Both the position numbers and the translations under genes were made by a program. Positions 48,979 through 63,320 of a stretch of 64,000 nucleotides of DNA are shown here, one piece after another. The DNA lies in NCBI GenBank assembly GCA_964276515.1, contig OZ193909.1:8060001-8124000 (forward strand). Direction: 5' to 3'. The DNA is from Gordius albopunctatus (Eukaryota). Below the pieces are notes generated by a model that was given only the letters and a program-made list of their open reading frames with translations, was not told where the DNA came from and did not search any database. Each line of letters begins with the position of its first letter. The first letter of the stretch is position 1.

Positions 48979-50880
48979 AATTGCTATGCAATTTATGGGC
49001 TCGTTTTTGGTTGTCCGTCCGTCCGTCCGTCCGTCCACCAAGTTATTTACACCAGCTTCCCGACCTGGAGGTTGCGGGTTCGAGACCCGGAGAGGAAAAA
49101 ATTTTTTTTTTTTTAAATTAAATTAATATTTTTTTCTTGTTAATACCATTGATAATATGACTTTTTGACCGTCCGCAGGCTACTGACCAATGAAAAAATG
49201 ACCACTGGCCAGATAAATCGAAATTTTTAATTTTTCGTTTTTGAATAGTTTAACATTGATAATTACCCTATGCCCTCCCCTACAAGGGCCTATGGCTCTA
49301 TTTATATGGTTCCCTGTTCCCCTCCAAAGGCTTATGCCTCTATTTAATGTGGGTTTGAATCCCGGCGAACGTTCTAAATTGATGGTTCGAGACCCGGAGA
49401 GGATAAAAATTTTTATTTTTTTTTAAATTAAATTAATATATTGTTCTTGTTAATACCATTGATAATATGAATTTTTGACCGTCCGCAGGCTACTGATTAA
49501 TGAAAAAATGACCACTTGCCAGATAAATCGAAATTTTTAATTTTTCGTTTTTGAATAGTTTAACATTGATAATTACCCTATGCCCTCCCCTACAAGGGCC
49601 TATGGCTCTATTTATATGGTTCCCTGTTCCCCTCCAAAGGCTTATGCCTCTATTTAATGTGGGTTCGAATCCCGGAGAGGGCAAAATTTTTATTTTTTTA
49701 ATTAATTTAATATTTTGTTCTTGTTAATACCATTGATAATATGACTTTTTGACCGTCCGCTGGCTACTGACCAATGAAAAAATGAACATTGGCCAAATAA
49801 ATCCTAATTTTTCGTTTTTCCTTTTTGAATAAGTTAACATTGATAATTGAAAAAAATTACCATTGGCCAAATAAATCAAAATTTTTTGTTCGTTTTTGAA
49901 TAGGTTAACATTGATAATTACCCTATACTTTTTAATAATTGCTATGCAATTTATCTAGTTTTTGGGTTTCAATCCCGGAGTTTTTTTTGACTCTTATGAT
50001 TGTTCTTGTTACTATCAATGATAATAAGACTTTTTGGCCGTCCGCTGGCTGCTGACCAATGAAAAAAATGACCATTGGCCAAAATGTGTATCCGAGTTGA
50101 TTTTTTCGTTTTTTTGAATATTATGATTGTTCCTGTTCCTACCATTGCTATTATGACTTTTTGGCCGTCCGCTGGCTGCTGACCAATGGAATAAAATGAC
50201 CATTGGCCAAAATGTGATTCGAAAATTTTTTTTTCGTTTTTTTTGACTGTTATGAATTTATATCCACTTTTACCGTGTCCTGGCTGCTGACCAATGGAAA
50301 AAAATGACCATTGGCCAAAATGTGAATCGAAATTATTTTTTCCGTTTTTTTTGACTATTATGATTGTTCCTGTTCCTACCATTGCTATTATGACTTTTTG
50401 GCCGTCCGCTGGCTGCTGACCAATGGAATAAAATAACCATTGGCCAAAATGTGATTCGAAAACTTTTTTTTCGTTTTTTTTGACTATTATGAATTTATAT
50501 CCACTTTTACCGTGTCGGGGCTGCTGATCAATGGAAAAAAATGACCTTTGGCCAAAATGTGATTCGAAAATTTTTTTTTCGTTTTTTTTGACTATTATGA
50601 TTGTTCCTGTTCCTACCATTGCTATTATGACTTTTTGGCAATACAACTCCCGTAGAATTTAACTAACCATAAAGCTTCCCCTTCGCTCCCTCTCTCCCCC
50701 TTTATGATATTTGCCATATAGACTTATTTAGTGCTTCCAACCTTCGTTTTGCAATATTCACGTAAGTATTTCCATAAATTGCATAGCAAATATGATACAT
50801 TTATACGGAGTGTAGATGAGTTCCCCCTTCCTTCCCCTCCTCCCCTTCCCCCTTCCCACGAGGGCCGAAGGCCCGAGTTT
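48979..50880 (+). mobile_element. HINE copy 3 (5 array units)
   Basis: Same termini and structure as copy 2. Confidence 0.82.
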
Positions 50881-51098
50881 GATTTTAATGTTTTTAATTT
50901 TTTTATGGCATTATATAATAGGAAATTTAGATTATTTTGGGTTAAATTATTAATTTTAATGTTGTGATTTAATTTAGTTTGCTATATTTTACATATTATT
51001 AATGTATTTTTAAGTAAAATTTTGCTTTATTAAGTTTAGATTTTAAATAAAACATTCGCGCGATATTTTAACTTATTTAATTTTGGTTATTAATCGCA

Positions 51099-51172
51099 GG
51101 GCGGTGGTGGTGTAGTGAGTATAAGTTTAGACTTTGAAGCGCAAGGTTGCCGGTTCGATTCCACCTCCGGCA
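51099..51172 (+). pseudogene. tRNA-Gln(TTG)-derived sequence with A and B boxes; not a functional tRNA
   Basis: A box tggtgtagtgag (51108-51119), anticodon loop gactttgaa, B box ggttcgattcc (51152-51162); anticodon and acceptor stems pair poorly. Confidence 0.75.
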
Positions 51173-51801
51173 TTTATTTCAAAGTTAAAAAATATCTCCC
51201 ATGATCAACACGGCTGTCAGGCCTGGATAGCCGAGCGTCACCCCTGATCCAAGTGCTATGAAAGTTCGTAATAATTAAAGTAATGAAAGCGCTAGGGCGT
51301 CCTCCGTAAACGATGCGCATCGTAGACGCTTGTATCATGTGAAAAGTCAACGAGGGTCACTACATCTTCCGCAAACGGATGTAGTTAAAGAAACTACTTT
51401 GCTAAGGACGAGATTGAGAGTGGGCTCGCTAAATGTTGGAACGATAACTGCAAAATGCCGAGAAGTTGGACACCCTCAACAAGCGACGGGTCGAAATAGC
51501 GTGTATACAGGAAACAAGATGGAAAGGCGCAAAAGCAAGGATGATAGGTTAAGGCTATAAACTTTACTTCAATTGCCTTGAAACGAATAAAAATGGCGTG
51601 GCAATCATACTAGCCTCATATCTGCAAGATAAAGTCATTGAGGTACAAAGAAAAAGTGGGCGACTTATGATGTTGAAACTATGCATAGAAGGTCAAATGA
51701 TTAATGTAGTTTCCGGATATGCTCCGCAAACAGGATGCACAGATGAAGAAAAAGAGGAATTTCGGGAAGAACTAGACGAAATGCTGCGAATTATACCCAG
51801 A

Positions 51802-53967
51802 ACTAATGATGCGGAAAAACCGAGAATTCGAAAAATGGAGTCGAGATCGAGACGAGAATTTTTATGTCGAGACGAGACGATACGAGATTTTTTCGGCGAC
51901 ATCTCGACTTTTTTTATTGTTATATTTTAGTAAATTATTGTGTATTTTAATTTGCATGATTTATCCTACTGCTGTATAAGATACAAACTACCTACTTACC
52001 TGATTGTTAATACGAAGAAAACCATGTTACCCTACTACAACACTACACAAGCAACAACATCGTCTACCGAACGTACAATTTTCCACTGCCCGACCAATGG
52101 CTCAACTGCAAAACACGTATCAAAATAATCAACATCATAAGGCCTCTTGCAACGAGCAAAGACTACGTTCGGCGAAAACGATAAAACCTACTACCAACGT
52201 TCTCACCACCACTTACCGGTTTAGTTGATGAGCGATTGCAATTCCACTATAGATACCTCTGCCCGCGGCATGGATCTTATTAATATATTGGATAGCACAA
52301 CAACATCACACACACACCTCACACCTCGGTCACCACATCAGCAAATACTAGTGCAAACACTAAACAACATTGGATAACTAAGCCAACTGAGTATTATGAA
52401 CTATAATTTTTAGCACTCCTTGCAAAAAGGAGGGGAATTATATGGTTACCTAGGTAATTTGAATAAAGCAACTCGATCATCAGTTACCTAGGAAAATACT
52501 TAACCTTTACTATTCGAGCACTCACAAACCTCACTATTTGACTACTCCTTATAATTTAAATACCTTGTTATTCATTATTATTATTCACACAAATAACCTC
52601 GCCAGTTTTATTTAAAAGAATTCACTTGAATCATTTGGGTTAGATTAAGGTAGAAACTTATTTCTCTATAAAATAAAGAAGAAGAAGAATATTTAAGGTA
52701 TTATGTGTAAATCCATAAGTATGGAATATATTTGACATTAAAAAAATCCTGTAAATATTATATTTTTTGCAGGATTTACCTAAGTATGGTTGAACCTTAG
52801 GGTATGTGAATAATTTCATAATATCTTTATCACATATTTAAATCCATAGCATTATTAAATATTACAAAATTATAGGCTTAGAATGAGTTCTGATTGAATA
52901 GTAAATATAAACAAAGCATAATTATATTTCGCAGTTACTCATCCTGCATAATGCGGTAATTATAAATTGGTGGTCAATCAGTTTGAATAATTAAACTAGT
53001 TAAGCTAAGGTGGCTCGAGATTTTTGAGCACCCGCTTAACGATTTAAAAAGTACAATAGATTATTTAATGACACCGCAATAGATTAAATCTAAAGCCTGA
53101 GTTTTCTAGAAGTTTTATGTTCAACTTTAATGTCAAAGTTAGTCAGAATTGGAAGATAATTATTTGGAATATAAATTTTATTTTAATGATTTTTGTCATA
53201 AATTTAAATATGTGCAATTTAGAGTTTAAAACCTCATATTCCTAATCCTATAATAATGCTGCTTACATTGTTGTTTCTACCCGTTTTTATATGTGCATCT
53301 AGTTATCAATTCTGTAAATAATAATATTATCCATTAAAAGTCACTCGCACATTGTGGTTTATAACTCTATTGTAAACATGCAATAAACACTATGGGCTAT
53401 AATTAATGATGGTACTAATGGATTTAAATGTTTGCCTTAAATATGTTAAGGACCACTTTGAAGCTTTAGCCAGGGTTAATAAAGGGTCTTAATTTGCTAA
53501 ATTGTGCAACTAAGTCAACCATAACCGAAATTATTATTTTCTAAGTCTATATAGTTGAAAAACACAGTGATGTGATACAAACGTTAATAATTTGCTAGAA
53601 CAATAAAATTTAATTTTCTATACTTTAAATTTATTTATAGTTTTTTAGTTTGCACTTTCAATAGAAAATGTTATTTTTTTGAATGAATTTATATCTTTAT
53701 ATTGACAATGCGATGTCGTGTCCCGCTAAATCTTTAAAAAGTTTGTGTATTAAAGTTTATCAAAAATATAAAAATTTGCCATTTTAATTTTTTAAAACTT
53801 ATTTAATATTTTTAATAAATAAGGAGAAACTTTTATTCCGTATCTATTTTTTTTAAAAAGTCGAGACGAAACGAGAATTCTCGTCGAGACGAGATCGAGA
53901 TTTTTCTAGACCGAGACGAGACGAGATTTTGTTTTCAAGACCGAGACGAGACGAGATCGAAACGCTA
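51802..53967. mobile_element. hAT-like non-autonomous insertion inside the RTE APE domain
   Basis: Splits IIPR/AEIVII; 8-bp duplication tacccaga; (GAGAC)n subterminal repeats at both ends; TIRs unclear. Confidence 0.7.
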
Positions 53968-56900
53968 CCCAGAGCCGAGATAGTTATAATTAGAGCAGAT
54001 ATGAATGGTCACGTAAGCAAAACAAGAGAAGGATTTGAACGGTACCATGGTGGAAATGGCTACGCAGCGAGAAACGATGAAGGCGACGAAATATTGAAAA
54101 TAGCCGTTGCATTTGATTTGGCCATCTTCAAAAAGAATGTAAATCACCTAATAACGTACAAAAGTGGAAATCGATCTTCGCACATTGTCTTTCTCCTAAT
54201 ATCAAGAAAGGAATTAAAGAATGTACGAGATGATACCAGGTGAGGCTATTGCAACCCAGCATAGACTTGTTGTGATGGACTATACCATCTCCAAGGCAAA
54301 AAAACAAAAGCCGAAGAGATTAAATGGGAAAATCCAATGGTTCCGGCTACCAAAATTGAAAGATATTTACAATGATCAAATAGTTGAACGGGTGCAAATA
54401 GATACTCTGCAGAATGCTAACGATATGTGGAATAACGAGGTGTGTTCTAGGAAAAGGTAAACCAGGTATACAAAAAGATAAGGAGACATGGTGGTGGAAA
54501 GAAGACGTGCAACGCCTGGTCAAATTGAAAAGAAAGCTTTACAAATTATGGTCAGGCAACAGAAATGAGGAAACACGATTGGCATATGTGAAAGCTAAAA
54601 ATGAAGTAAAACGTTTTGTAGCCAAGGCTAAAACAGAGGTCTACGAGAATTTGAATGCCAAGTTAACCAGTAAAGAAGGGGAAAGAATGATCTACAAAAT
54701 CGCAAAGACCAGGGCAAGGAACTCAAAGGATGTGGTATACGTGAAAACCATAAAGAGCAAAGATGGCATCACTCTAACTCTGGACCATCAAATCATAGAT
54801 CGTTGGGAAGAATACTATAAAGAATTATTAAACAGTGAAAATGAGTTTTCGGGCTACTGCGATAGCAAGAATTATGAATATGACCAAGAGTTAGAAGTGA
54901 CAAAACAAGAGGTTGACCAGGTGCTTAAAAAGATGACCATGCGTAGAGCGGTGCACCTGATAATATACATATGGAAGCTTTCAAAATGCTAGGACCCTTA
55001 GGTGTACATCTACTTGCAAAGCTGTTTAACAAAATACTTGCAAGTGGTATGATACCTGATGAGTGGAGGGAAAGCTATGTTATACCTATCTATAAAATGA
55101 AGGGAGATGTATAAGAATGCAACAACTATCGAGGGATAAAGTTAACGAGTCACGTAATGAAGATGTGAGAAAAGGTTATAGAAGCTAGACTTCAAAAAAT
55201 AATATCAATAGATGAAAGACAATTTGGGTTCATGCATGGAAGGTCGACCTCAGATGCAATACATGTTCTTAGAAGACTTATGGAAGTATATAAGGAAAAA
55301 CATAAGGATCTTCATATGTGTTTCATCGATCTTGAGAAAGCTTTCGATAAAGTGCCAAGGCAGTTGATATAGGATAGCCTGAGTTCCAATGGTGTACCCG
55401 AGGCTTATATAATTTTACTAAAGGATATGTATAAAAACGCAAAAACCAAAGTACGGACATCCAGTGGTACACCAAAGGGATTCAGTCTAAATGTCGGTGT
55501 GCATCAAGGATCGGTCCTAAGTCCATTGCTCTTCATAACAATAATGGATTCGATAACGAAGAACCTGAAACGCGAATCACCTTGGGCAATGCTCTTTGCG
55601 GATTATATCGTCCTGTGCACAGGCTCAAACTTGGAATTAGCAGAGCAGGTAAAAGTGTGGATGTAACGAATTGAAAGCAAAGGCCTTAGGGTCAACTGAG
55701 ATAAAGCGGAATATGTATGCTTGGAGTCGGGGAATGAATACAAAGAAGCACACCTGCAAATCGATGACTGGTGTTTAAGCAGCAGGAAAGAATTCAAATA
55801 TCTTGGTTCTAGGGTACAATGTGATGGAGGTGTGGAAAACGAAATTAAGGCAAGAATAAACGCAGGCTGGCTAAAATTTAGGGACTTGAGTGGTGTCCTA
55901 TGTGACAAGCACATACCACTCAAATTAAAAGGACGGTTATATAACACCGTTATGTTACCCACTGTATTGTATGGAGCGGAAACCTGGGCAATTAAGGCAA
56001 AAGAGGAGCAAAGCTTGGCTACAATGGAGATGCGAATGTTGAGATGGACCTTGGGAATAGGCAAAAAGGACCATATAAGGAATCAAGACATAAGGGATAA
56101 ACTAAATGTAGTTCCGATTCAGAGAAAGTTTGTGGTAAGAAGATTGAGATGGTATGGCTATTTGGAGAGACGGGAGAAGAGTCACTTGGCAAATCGTATC
56201 AAGAAACTGCAAGTCGAAGGTAAGCAAAAGAGAGGGAGGCCTAAACTGATATGGAAGCATAAAATTGATATGGACTTGAGAAGGTACGAGCTAAAGCGAA
56301 GCTGGTGTAAGTGCAGGAATACATGGAGAACCTACTTGAAGGAGCTGACCACTAAATGTGACAAACAGATATAGTGAAAATTTTTTTGGCTATTAATCGC
56401 AATGTTTTTGCCAAAAGATTCATTTTCGTTTTTAACGGATGCCTTTTAATCATTTTGCCTTTAAATATTTTGTTCTTATATCTTTTTTTAAATGTCTTTA
56501 TATATATAACACTTTTTAATAATCTAGAATTTTAACATTGGCCTGAACCCGCCCGACCTCTAAATTCTTTCTAATTTTTGACGTGCCCCAAGCCCATGCC
56601 CAGCTACCTTCAATTTTAAAGCGCCCTTTTGGGGCAAATTTTACATTAAAAATAATCGTTTTTTATAGGACAGAAAATCGGCATAACTATCTGTAAATAT
56701 AATTCATTAGCCATAACCGAATGTTTTCCCAATATTTACGATTCTTAATTTTTTAATTTATTTATCTCACCTTCACAAAATATGTAATTCTCATTATCTA
56801 TATATATAAAATGTAACTCCGTTTTTTTGTCCTCTAATAATTCATAAAATATTTTTTAAAAATTATTGCCATTTGTATAAAGAAAATTTACTACAATATA

Positions 56901-59900
56901 ATCAACAATATTTTTAAATGTATTAAATAAACTTTAAAGTTATAAATTTTTATTCAACGGATTTTTTTGAATTATATTCTTGAGAATAACTGTTTTTATA
57001 CATTTTTAAATTTATATTTAAATAGTTAGATATTTATCTTACAATCATCAGGATAAAATGATATTGTTTACAGGGGAAAGCAGGCATTTGAAAAGCTAAA
57101 TTGGGCATACGAACATTGTAATTGCTATTAAAGGGGCTTAATTTAGATAAATTAATTGTAAAGGTCTATTGGTTAGGGCTTCGGTCGGGATAGCCCATCA
57201 CACCACTACCCAAACCGGATTAGAATATTATATTGAATATCTAAGCCCGGCTAGATCATGCCGCCGAAAATGCTTCATATTTAAGTTAATATATTGAACA
57301 ATGTAAAGGAAATTTATCATGAGTTAAATTTTTTCCCGCTGGTAAATATATTTAATATTAAGACACCTTAAGTTTTCATGATGGTTATTTTAAGTCGAAC
57401 AACTTATACCAAATACAATAAAAACTTATAAGGAATAGTTAACACACAAAATTTCTGATATTTCAAAATAAAAGACTTTAAAATTGTATATTTGTTATTT
57501 TAAATTAGATGATTTGTGAAGCGGATAAGATTACACGGCAAACATATTTTGCGAGGACAGTTCTTTAATTAACCAATGTTGAATTTAGTTAGGTTAAAAA
57601 AATATATGATTAATAGCAAACTGATTATGTAAAGGCATATATTGATTCATCATACCATTATCATAAAGTTAAATAGTAATTATGAATATATGTGTGTTAC
57701 TTCTTAAAAGATTTAATATAATATTGAAGTAGCATGAAACTTTTATCGAGAATAAATTGCATTTACTTGTGTTGGCTTTCAATAATTTTAAGGTGAAGAA
57801 AACTGTAAGGAGCAGAAATTTTTGGCGTGTTGAGAACATTCCTGGATCAATTTAGAAAATTTCTGTAATATTAAGGTTTAAAATGCATTCAAAATCTAAT
57901 TGGAGACAAAATATAAAACGCCGTTATGAATATAATAAGTTAAATTCAATCTATAAAAAAGCATCTAATAAATGCATTATAAAAGATTATAGCCCTTAGA
58001 AGTAGTTATAATTTAAGAATGATATGTCCGTTATAGGAAGAAAGCGTGCTATGTCTATTGCATCTTTAAGTCATAGATTTCAAATTTTATCACATAATGT
58101 GCACATCTTATTTTCAAGCGACACATAAAGGTTGTGTAGATATTTCGAATTAGATCTAAAGTAAAATTGCTTCTGATTTGTGTAAATTTTTAATCTTACA
58201 AATTGTTATCGAACTCGTAAGATGTTTTTTTATCGCCTTAAACAAAATTATAATCGCATTTATTTATTATGATTTTAACGATAAATTAATTATATACATA
58301 TTCTCAAAAATTACAATGAAATTTTTTAGAGTTAAATTTATAGATAGTAGGAAATTATAAACAGTGTAGGTATTTTAGTTTGTGTGTTAAGCTTTAAACC
58401 GACGCGTTAGTCTTATTTCCAAGCAATTCTTAGGGGGGACACGACAAGGGAGTTTTTATTAGATAGGGGGGCGGCGACTGGTGCTTAATATAAATATCAG
58501 TTTTAAAGGATTTATCATTAAAACAAAAAATATTAACTCAATAAAATATTTGTCACCCGTTATGACTAATGATTGCTTAAATGCTCTTCCCGGCTCTTTT
58601 AACTAAAGGCGGGAGCCGGACGTTTACTCCCTATTTAGGTGGCACTATTTAACCCATGCATTTGAAAATTTATGATGAAAGCTAGAGATTTTTTACATTT
58701 ACTCCATAAAGGGCGACCTTTTCTTTAAGTTGTGGGATCAATACAAGAGATCCGCTCTTAAGGACGACGGCCTCTTAATCCGTCCGTAATTTTTGAAAAT
58801 GCACTTCAGGCACGCCCGTAGCGTTAAGCTCGTAGCCGTGTTTTTTCATGCACTTAAAGCCAGGCCCCTTAAACTTGGCTCATTCAAAAAAAAAAGTTCT
58901 GCACCATTAAATGCCATTTTAATGATGTTAATAATGAGGAGTCCCGAGCTATTGTATTAAGTAGTTAAATTTTTAACGGTTTTATAATATTGGCAAATTA
59001 GGCCATAGAAATTTTATATAGAATATTTTCTCTTCAATAACTTTATTTTAATTTTTTCCTATTTTTAATACTATCTCCCGATTTTTTCGTCCTTAAATAA
59101 ATTTGTTAATAAAATTTTGGGAAGATATCATTTACAAAATCAATCGAACAAGCCTAAAAAAGGTGATTTTTGCATAATTAGACTCCAACGGTCCGTAATT
59201 GCGGCTCACTTTAAAAGTAATGTTCTATATATAAAAATGTGAAAAAAATCCCTACAATATTTAATTTAATGGTTTAACATTTTAAACATAAATTTTAAAT
59301 TGCATCATTATTAAACACCTTACACTATTATTAAAGTTAATTTCAAATCAATAACTTACTTTATTTTGTGATATGGAAGTAAAGCCAAGTGAGGAAATAA
59401 TAAAATTAAATATAGGAAATCAAATTGTTTAAAATCACTATAGCGCCAGAAATGCGAAATTTCTAAATATGCGCATCATAGATTAGTAGCGATTCTTATT
59501 TCCATACACGGATCAATGGTATCTATTTGGCCTAAACGTGTTTATTTATATATTTTTGTAGACAAAGATTTTTTGTTTGTATTAAATTAGTAATCCATAT
59601 TTAGAAAAGGCTCCGTCGTTCTCGATTGGCTTTACAAGTCAATATGACTCAAAAATGTAAATCGCTGTAATTTTAAAGTTTAAGGCAGTTTATTATTTGA
59701 ACTCATAAAGTCTATATTTTAAAAATCAACTTACATATTTTATCAGGTTAATATCTAAATTGTAGGTTTGGGTTTTTATGTACCCATTTTATATACCAAA
59801 AATTTAGGGCTATAATATTAATTTTAATTTAATTACCTGATAATAAACGTTAAAACTATTCATTAGAGAAAATTTGATATTTATAGATTATATTTAAGAC

Positions 59901-62032
59901 AATAAAATCGAAGGTAGCCATTATTATTAATTGATCATTAATCGGTTTTAAATTTATATCTACTGTAGATACAAACTTAAATTGTAATTCAATCATTGGC
60001 GATTTAAAATATTAGTCATTTAACTAACGTCTCAACAAGTTGTCCTGTTTTTTTTTATGAATTTGCCCTATTCCAAGTAAAAACGTCATATTTTTATTTT
60101 TAAGATTAATATTTATAACTTAGAATAATTTTAATAATAATTTGAATACTGGCGACATATAAACATTTAGTTTATTAAACTATCTTAATAAAAGTCTTCC
60201 AAAGTTACCCTTTTCCCCATCTAAAGATAATAAATCCCCAACTGAAATTTATAAATTATATGTATACCTATAAAATGCATTTAAAATATTTTTATAGTCA
60301 AATCATGCGAGCACAAATGTTCATTACAAGGGTAATGTTAAATTTGAAACATTATTTTTCCACAAATCATAATGAGAAACTTATATAAAATAATTTTTTA
60401 ACGAAAAATCTTCGCGACGAATTTAGGAGATTAGTATATGACCCACGTCTCCAGAGCTGCCTTTATCGCAGGTATTTAAAATGCTCATAGTTGTGTATAG
60501 ATTATTATGATATTTTTTAAGCTGTTTAAAATTTCAGATCCCTACCTACAGCTAGTAAATTTGTTTATTGTTTGTAATGTTTCTTGGGTCATATTTATTT
60601 AAAACCAATGATGGGCTATAAGCCCAATTTTTCCTTCACTGAACAACTCTGCTTAATACGCAGGTGATTTTTTGAGTTATTACGCCTTTCTGGACATCTT
60701 GGACATAGAGCCTCCTATAAACTAATGGGACACTAGTTAATAAACTTCTAAGAATAATTATTTTTGTGGTTCCAACTAAACTCTTTTTATTTTGGAACGC
60801 ACCTTTTAAAATCATTTATCTTACTAGTAAATTTGTCGCTTTTTGGAAATTGTAATTTTTAGGCCTAATCATTGTAACACTTATTTTATAAACGAATTTG
60901 TTAAAATATTATAGGTAACGTGGATTGCTTTCCCTTTTAAATTAATCTTATCAACACACAACTTACAAATTAAAGAATTTTAAACGTTTTGTAAACTAAT
61001 ATAAAATCATAAATTTCGAAGCTCGTAATTAATATTAAAAATTTAGTTCATACAAAAATATGCAAATAAGTTTTTTACTATGAATTTCCATTCATATTTT
61101 TTTTGATAAATTTTTGAAATAAAGATTATAAATACGATTCCGGTTCGGATGAAGTAAAGAGGGCCTGATTTACGACGGGTGATAACCGTGAATCTAATAC
61201 GAATAACTCTAATTTACATGCCATCTAGGACATATTTTAAATTAGAGATTAATTTGATTTGACTAAATTATCCCTATGTCTTAGAATGTGACTTGAAAAT
61301 AAAAATAGACATATGACGTTTTCGCTTTATTTTAATATAATAAAAATTGCTGATGAAAGCCTAATAAACTAATAACAATTGTCTGATATGCTTTTAGGCT
61401 TAAGTAACACAATATTTATTAATTTAGCCATTTAAAGTACCTTTTTTCGACTAAATTACGAGGAGTAAAATTGATAATATTAACAAGTTTATTTGTTTGG
61501 TTTTGACTCATAAATAAATTTATGAATTGCTTTGACCTTGATTCATTTTAATTGAAAGTGAAGTGAACTTAATAAAGGTATGAACTGAGAAGGTTATTTA
61601 TTATAATACTGGTGTCCACCTGTTATGATTATAAAACGAAAGGTTGACATAAATTAATGACAACTTTTATCATTTCCATTAAAAACTCTATAAATTAGGA
61701 GGCTAAAAATATAGGGTTATATGATGCCAACCCTTTTTTTAAATTGGAATTTAGCTTTAGAGTTTTAAGGAAATAACATTATAATTAAGGTCAGGTAAGC
61801 CATTTAAAAACATTTGAAAATAAAACTGAGGTTCTGTATTTAAATTTAAATGATAATCAATTGACTGGCGGACAAATTGTTAAAGTAGTTGAGACATGTT
61901 TATACAGCGAAAGTGAATAGTTGGTTGACTTCACTTCGACTATGGATTGATTATAAATATAATAACTAACCTTCTGTGATTAAATCGGCTGCGACGGTGG
62001 TAACATTTTCAGAAAATAGGGATATACCAAAT

Positions 62033-62381
62033 CAGTGACCAGAAAAGCCCGACCCAGCCCGGCCCACTGTCGAAAATTCAGCAAGATTTTGGCTTGATGA
62101 GATATTGTACATAGTGTATTTTTTGTTTTCTTGTATTACTTTGTTACATTTTTATTTGATTGTATAATATTTATTAATCATAATTATCACCAAAAATTGA
62201 GAATAAATTTCAAAATATTTAGAAAATTAAACGAAGTAACTAATAAAAAATTTAGAAATCATCATTTTGGGCTGGGGAGTTTGGGCTCTAATGATTTAGC
62301 CGAGCGGGCCTCGGCGGAAAATCTGGTTATAAAATTGAACCGGGCCGGGTTCGGACAAATAATAAACAAATCTGACCGCTG
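62033..62381. mobile_element. hAT-type MITE
   Basis: Imperfect TIRs cagtgaccaga / tctgaccgctg; TSD taccaaat / caccaaat; GCCC subterminal repeats. Confidence 0.75.
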
Positions 62382-62629
62382 CACCAAATATTTTCCTTAT
62401 TCAGTTTCTAATGTTTAAAACTCTTATAAAGGCACAAGATTAGGTCGCCAGTTTAAATTAAATTGTTATGATTATTGATTTGGAAATCATCTAAAATCTC
62501 TTTTTGTTTATTTAATTAAATAAAATGAATTATTCAAATGTAACAAAAATAATTTATTAAAATTGCCTTTTGCTTATAAGCAGACGCTGCTTGGATTTCA
62601 TTGGCACGCATCAGATGCTCTTATATTAA

Positions 62630-63320
62630 AATCGCGCGAGCCCGACCCGAGCCCAAAATAGCTTTATTCTACCCCCAAACGTGTCTGCTGAGTAGAGATG
62701 GCGAATTCTAAAATTTTAATTTATTTTGCCATGATTGCTAATAATTGATGGTTTTAAACTATGGATATGAATAGGGGAGTACTTAGGATTACAAATTCAA
62801 ATATATTAATAAAAGTTAAAATTTATCTCATTTTTGAATTTAACGCTCTAACAAGCATCTCATTTGAAGTCAAAATGGTTTCAATAGTTGTTTTTAAATA
62901 CCCGGTTTTTAAAAACCAATATATTTTTAAAAAATACGATGTTTTGGACAAATATTTCTAATCCCACTCAAATCCTTAATAAATATTCGCACTATTAAAT
63001 ACAATTTAAAAATATTAGTTTGTTGATTCACCAGGTATATTTAATTTTCCGTCCAAATGAAAACAATCAGATTTAAATAAAATTTAATTAACGGAGAATG
63101 TTCTTCTATTATACATTTAGATATTAATTAAAAATATTATACTATATAGCAATAATTTATAAGATAACACCGTGTATTTTGCAGTGTAAGATTCATAACC
63201 TTTCACGCGAGACTTTGAATCGAACCCGACCCGAAAGCATTTTAAAATTTTCAACCCGAAACCGACCCGACACGAAGAAATTTCAAAATTTTCAACCCAG
63301 GTCACCCGTGCAGTTCTCTA
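62630..63320. mobile_element. hAT-like remnants
   Basis: ACCCG subterminal repeats and a tgcagttctcta end; partner TIR and TSD not found. Confidence 0.4.

Larger units (their letters stand above)
51099..56383 (+). mobile_element. Full-length decayed RTE-clade LINE with a tRNA-derived 5' head and a nested 2.2-kb insertion
   Basis: APE motifs LNVGT, IQETRW, GYAPQ, ADMNGH; RT motifs GVHQGSVLSP, FAD, FKYLG, RLRWYG; 18-bp TSD ttttgg(t/c)tattaatcgca at 51081-51098 and 56384-56401. Confidence 0.93.

Noticed and set aside
51099..51172. Functional tRNA-Gln gene
   Set aside because: The anticodon and acceptor stems do not pair well, no T4 terminator follows, and it sits inside the LINE TSD.
52643..52700. 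aataaa(gaa)n as a tiny RTE-tail insertion
   Set aside because: Only about 30 nt with a weak flanking repeat; indistinguishable from chance.
58587..58620. GC-rich hairpin ccggctc...gagccgg as a Helitron end or ncRNA
   Set aside because: No CTRR terminus, no second copy and no other supporting structure.
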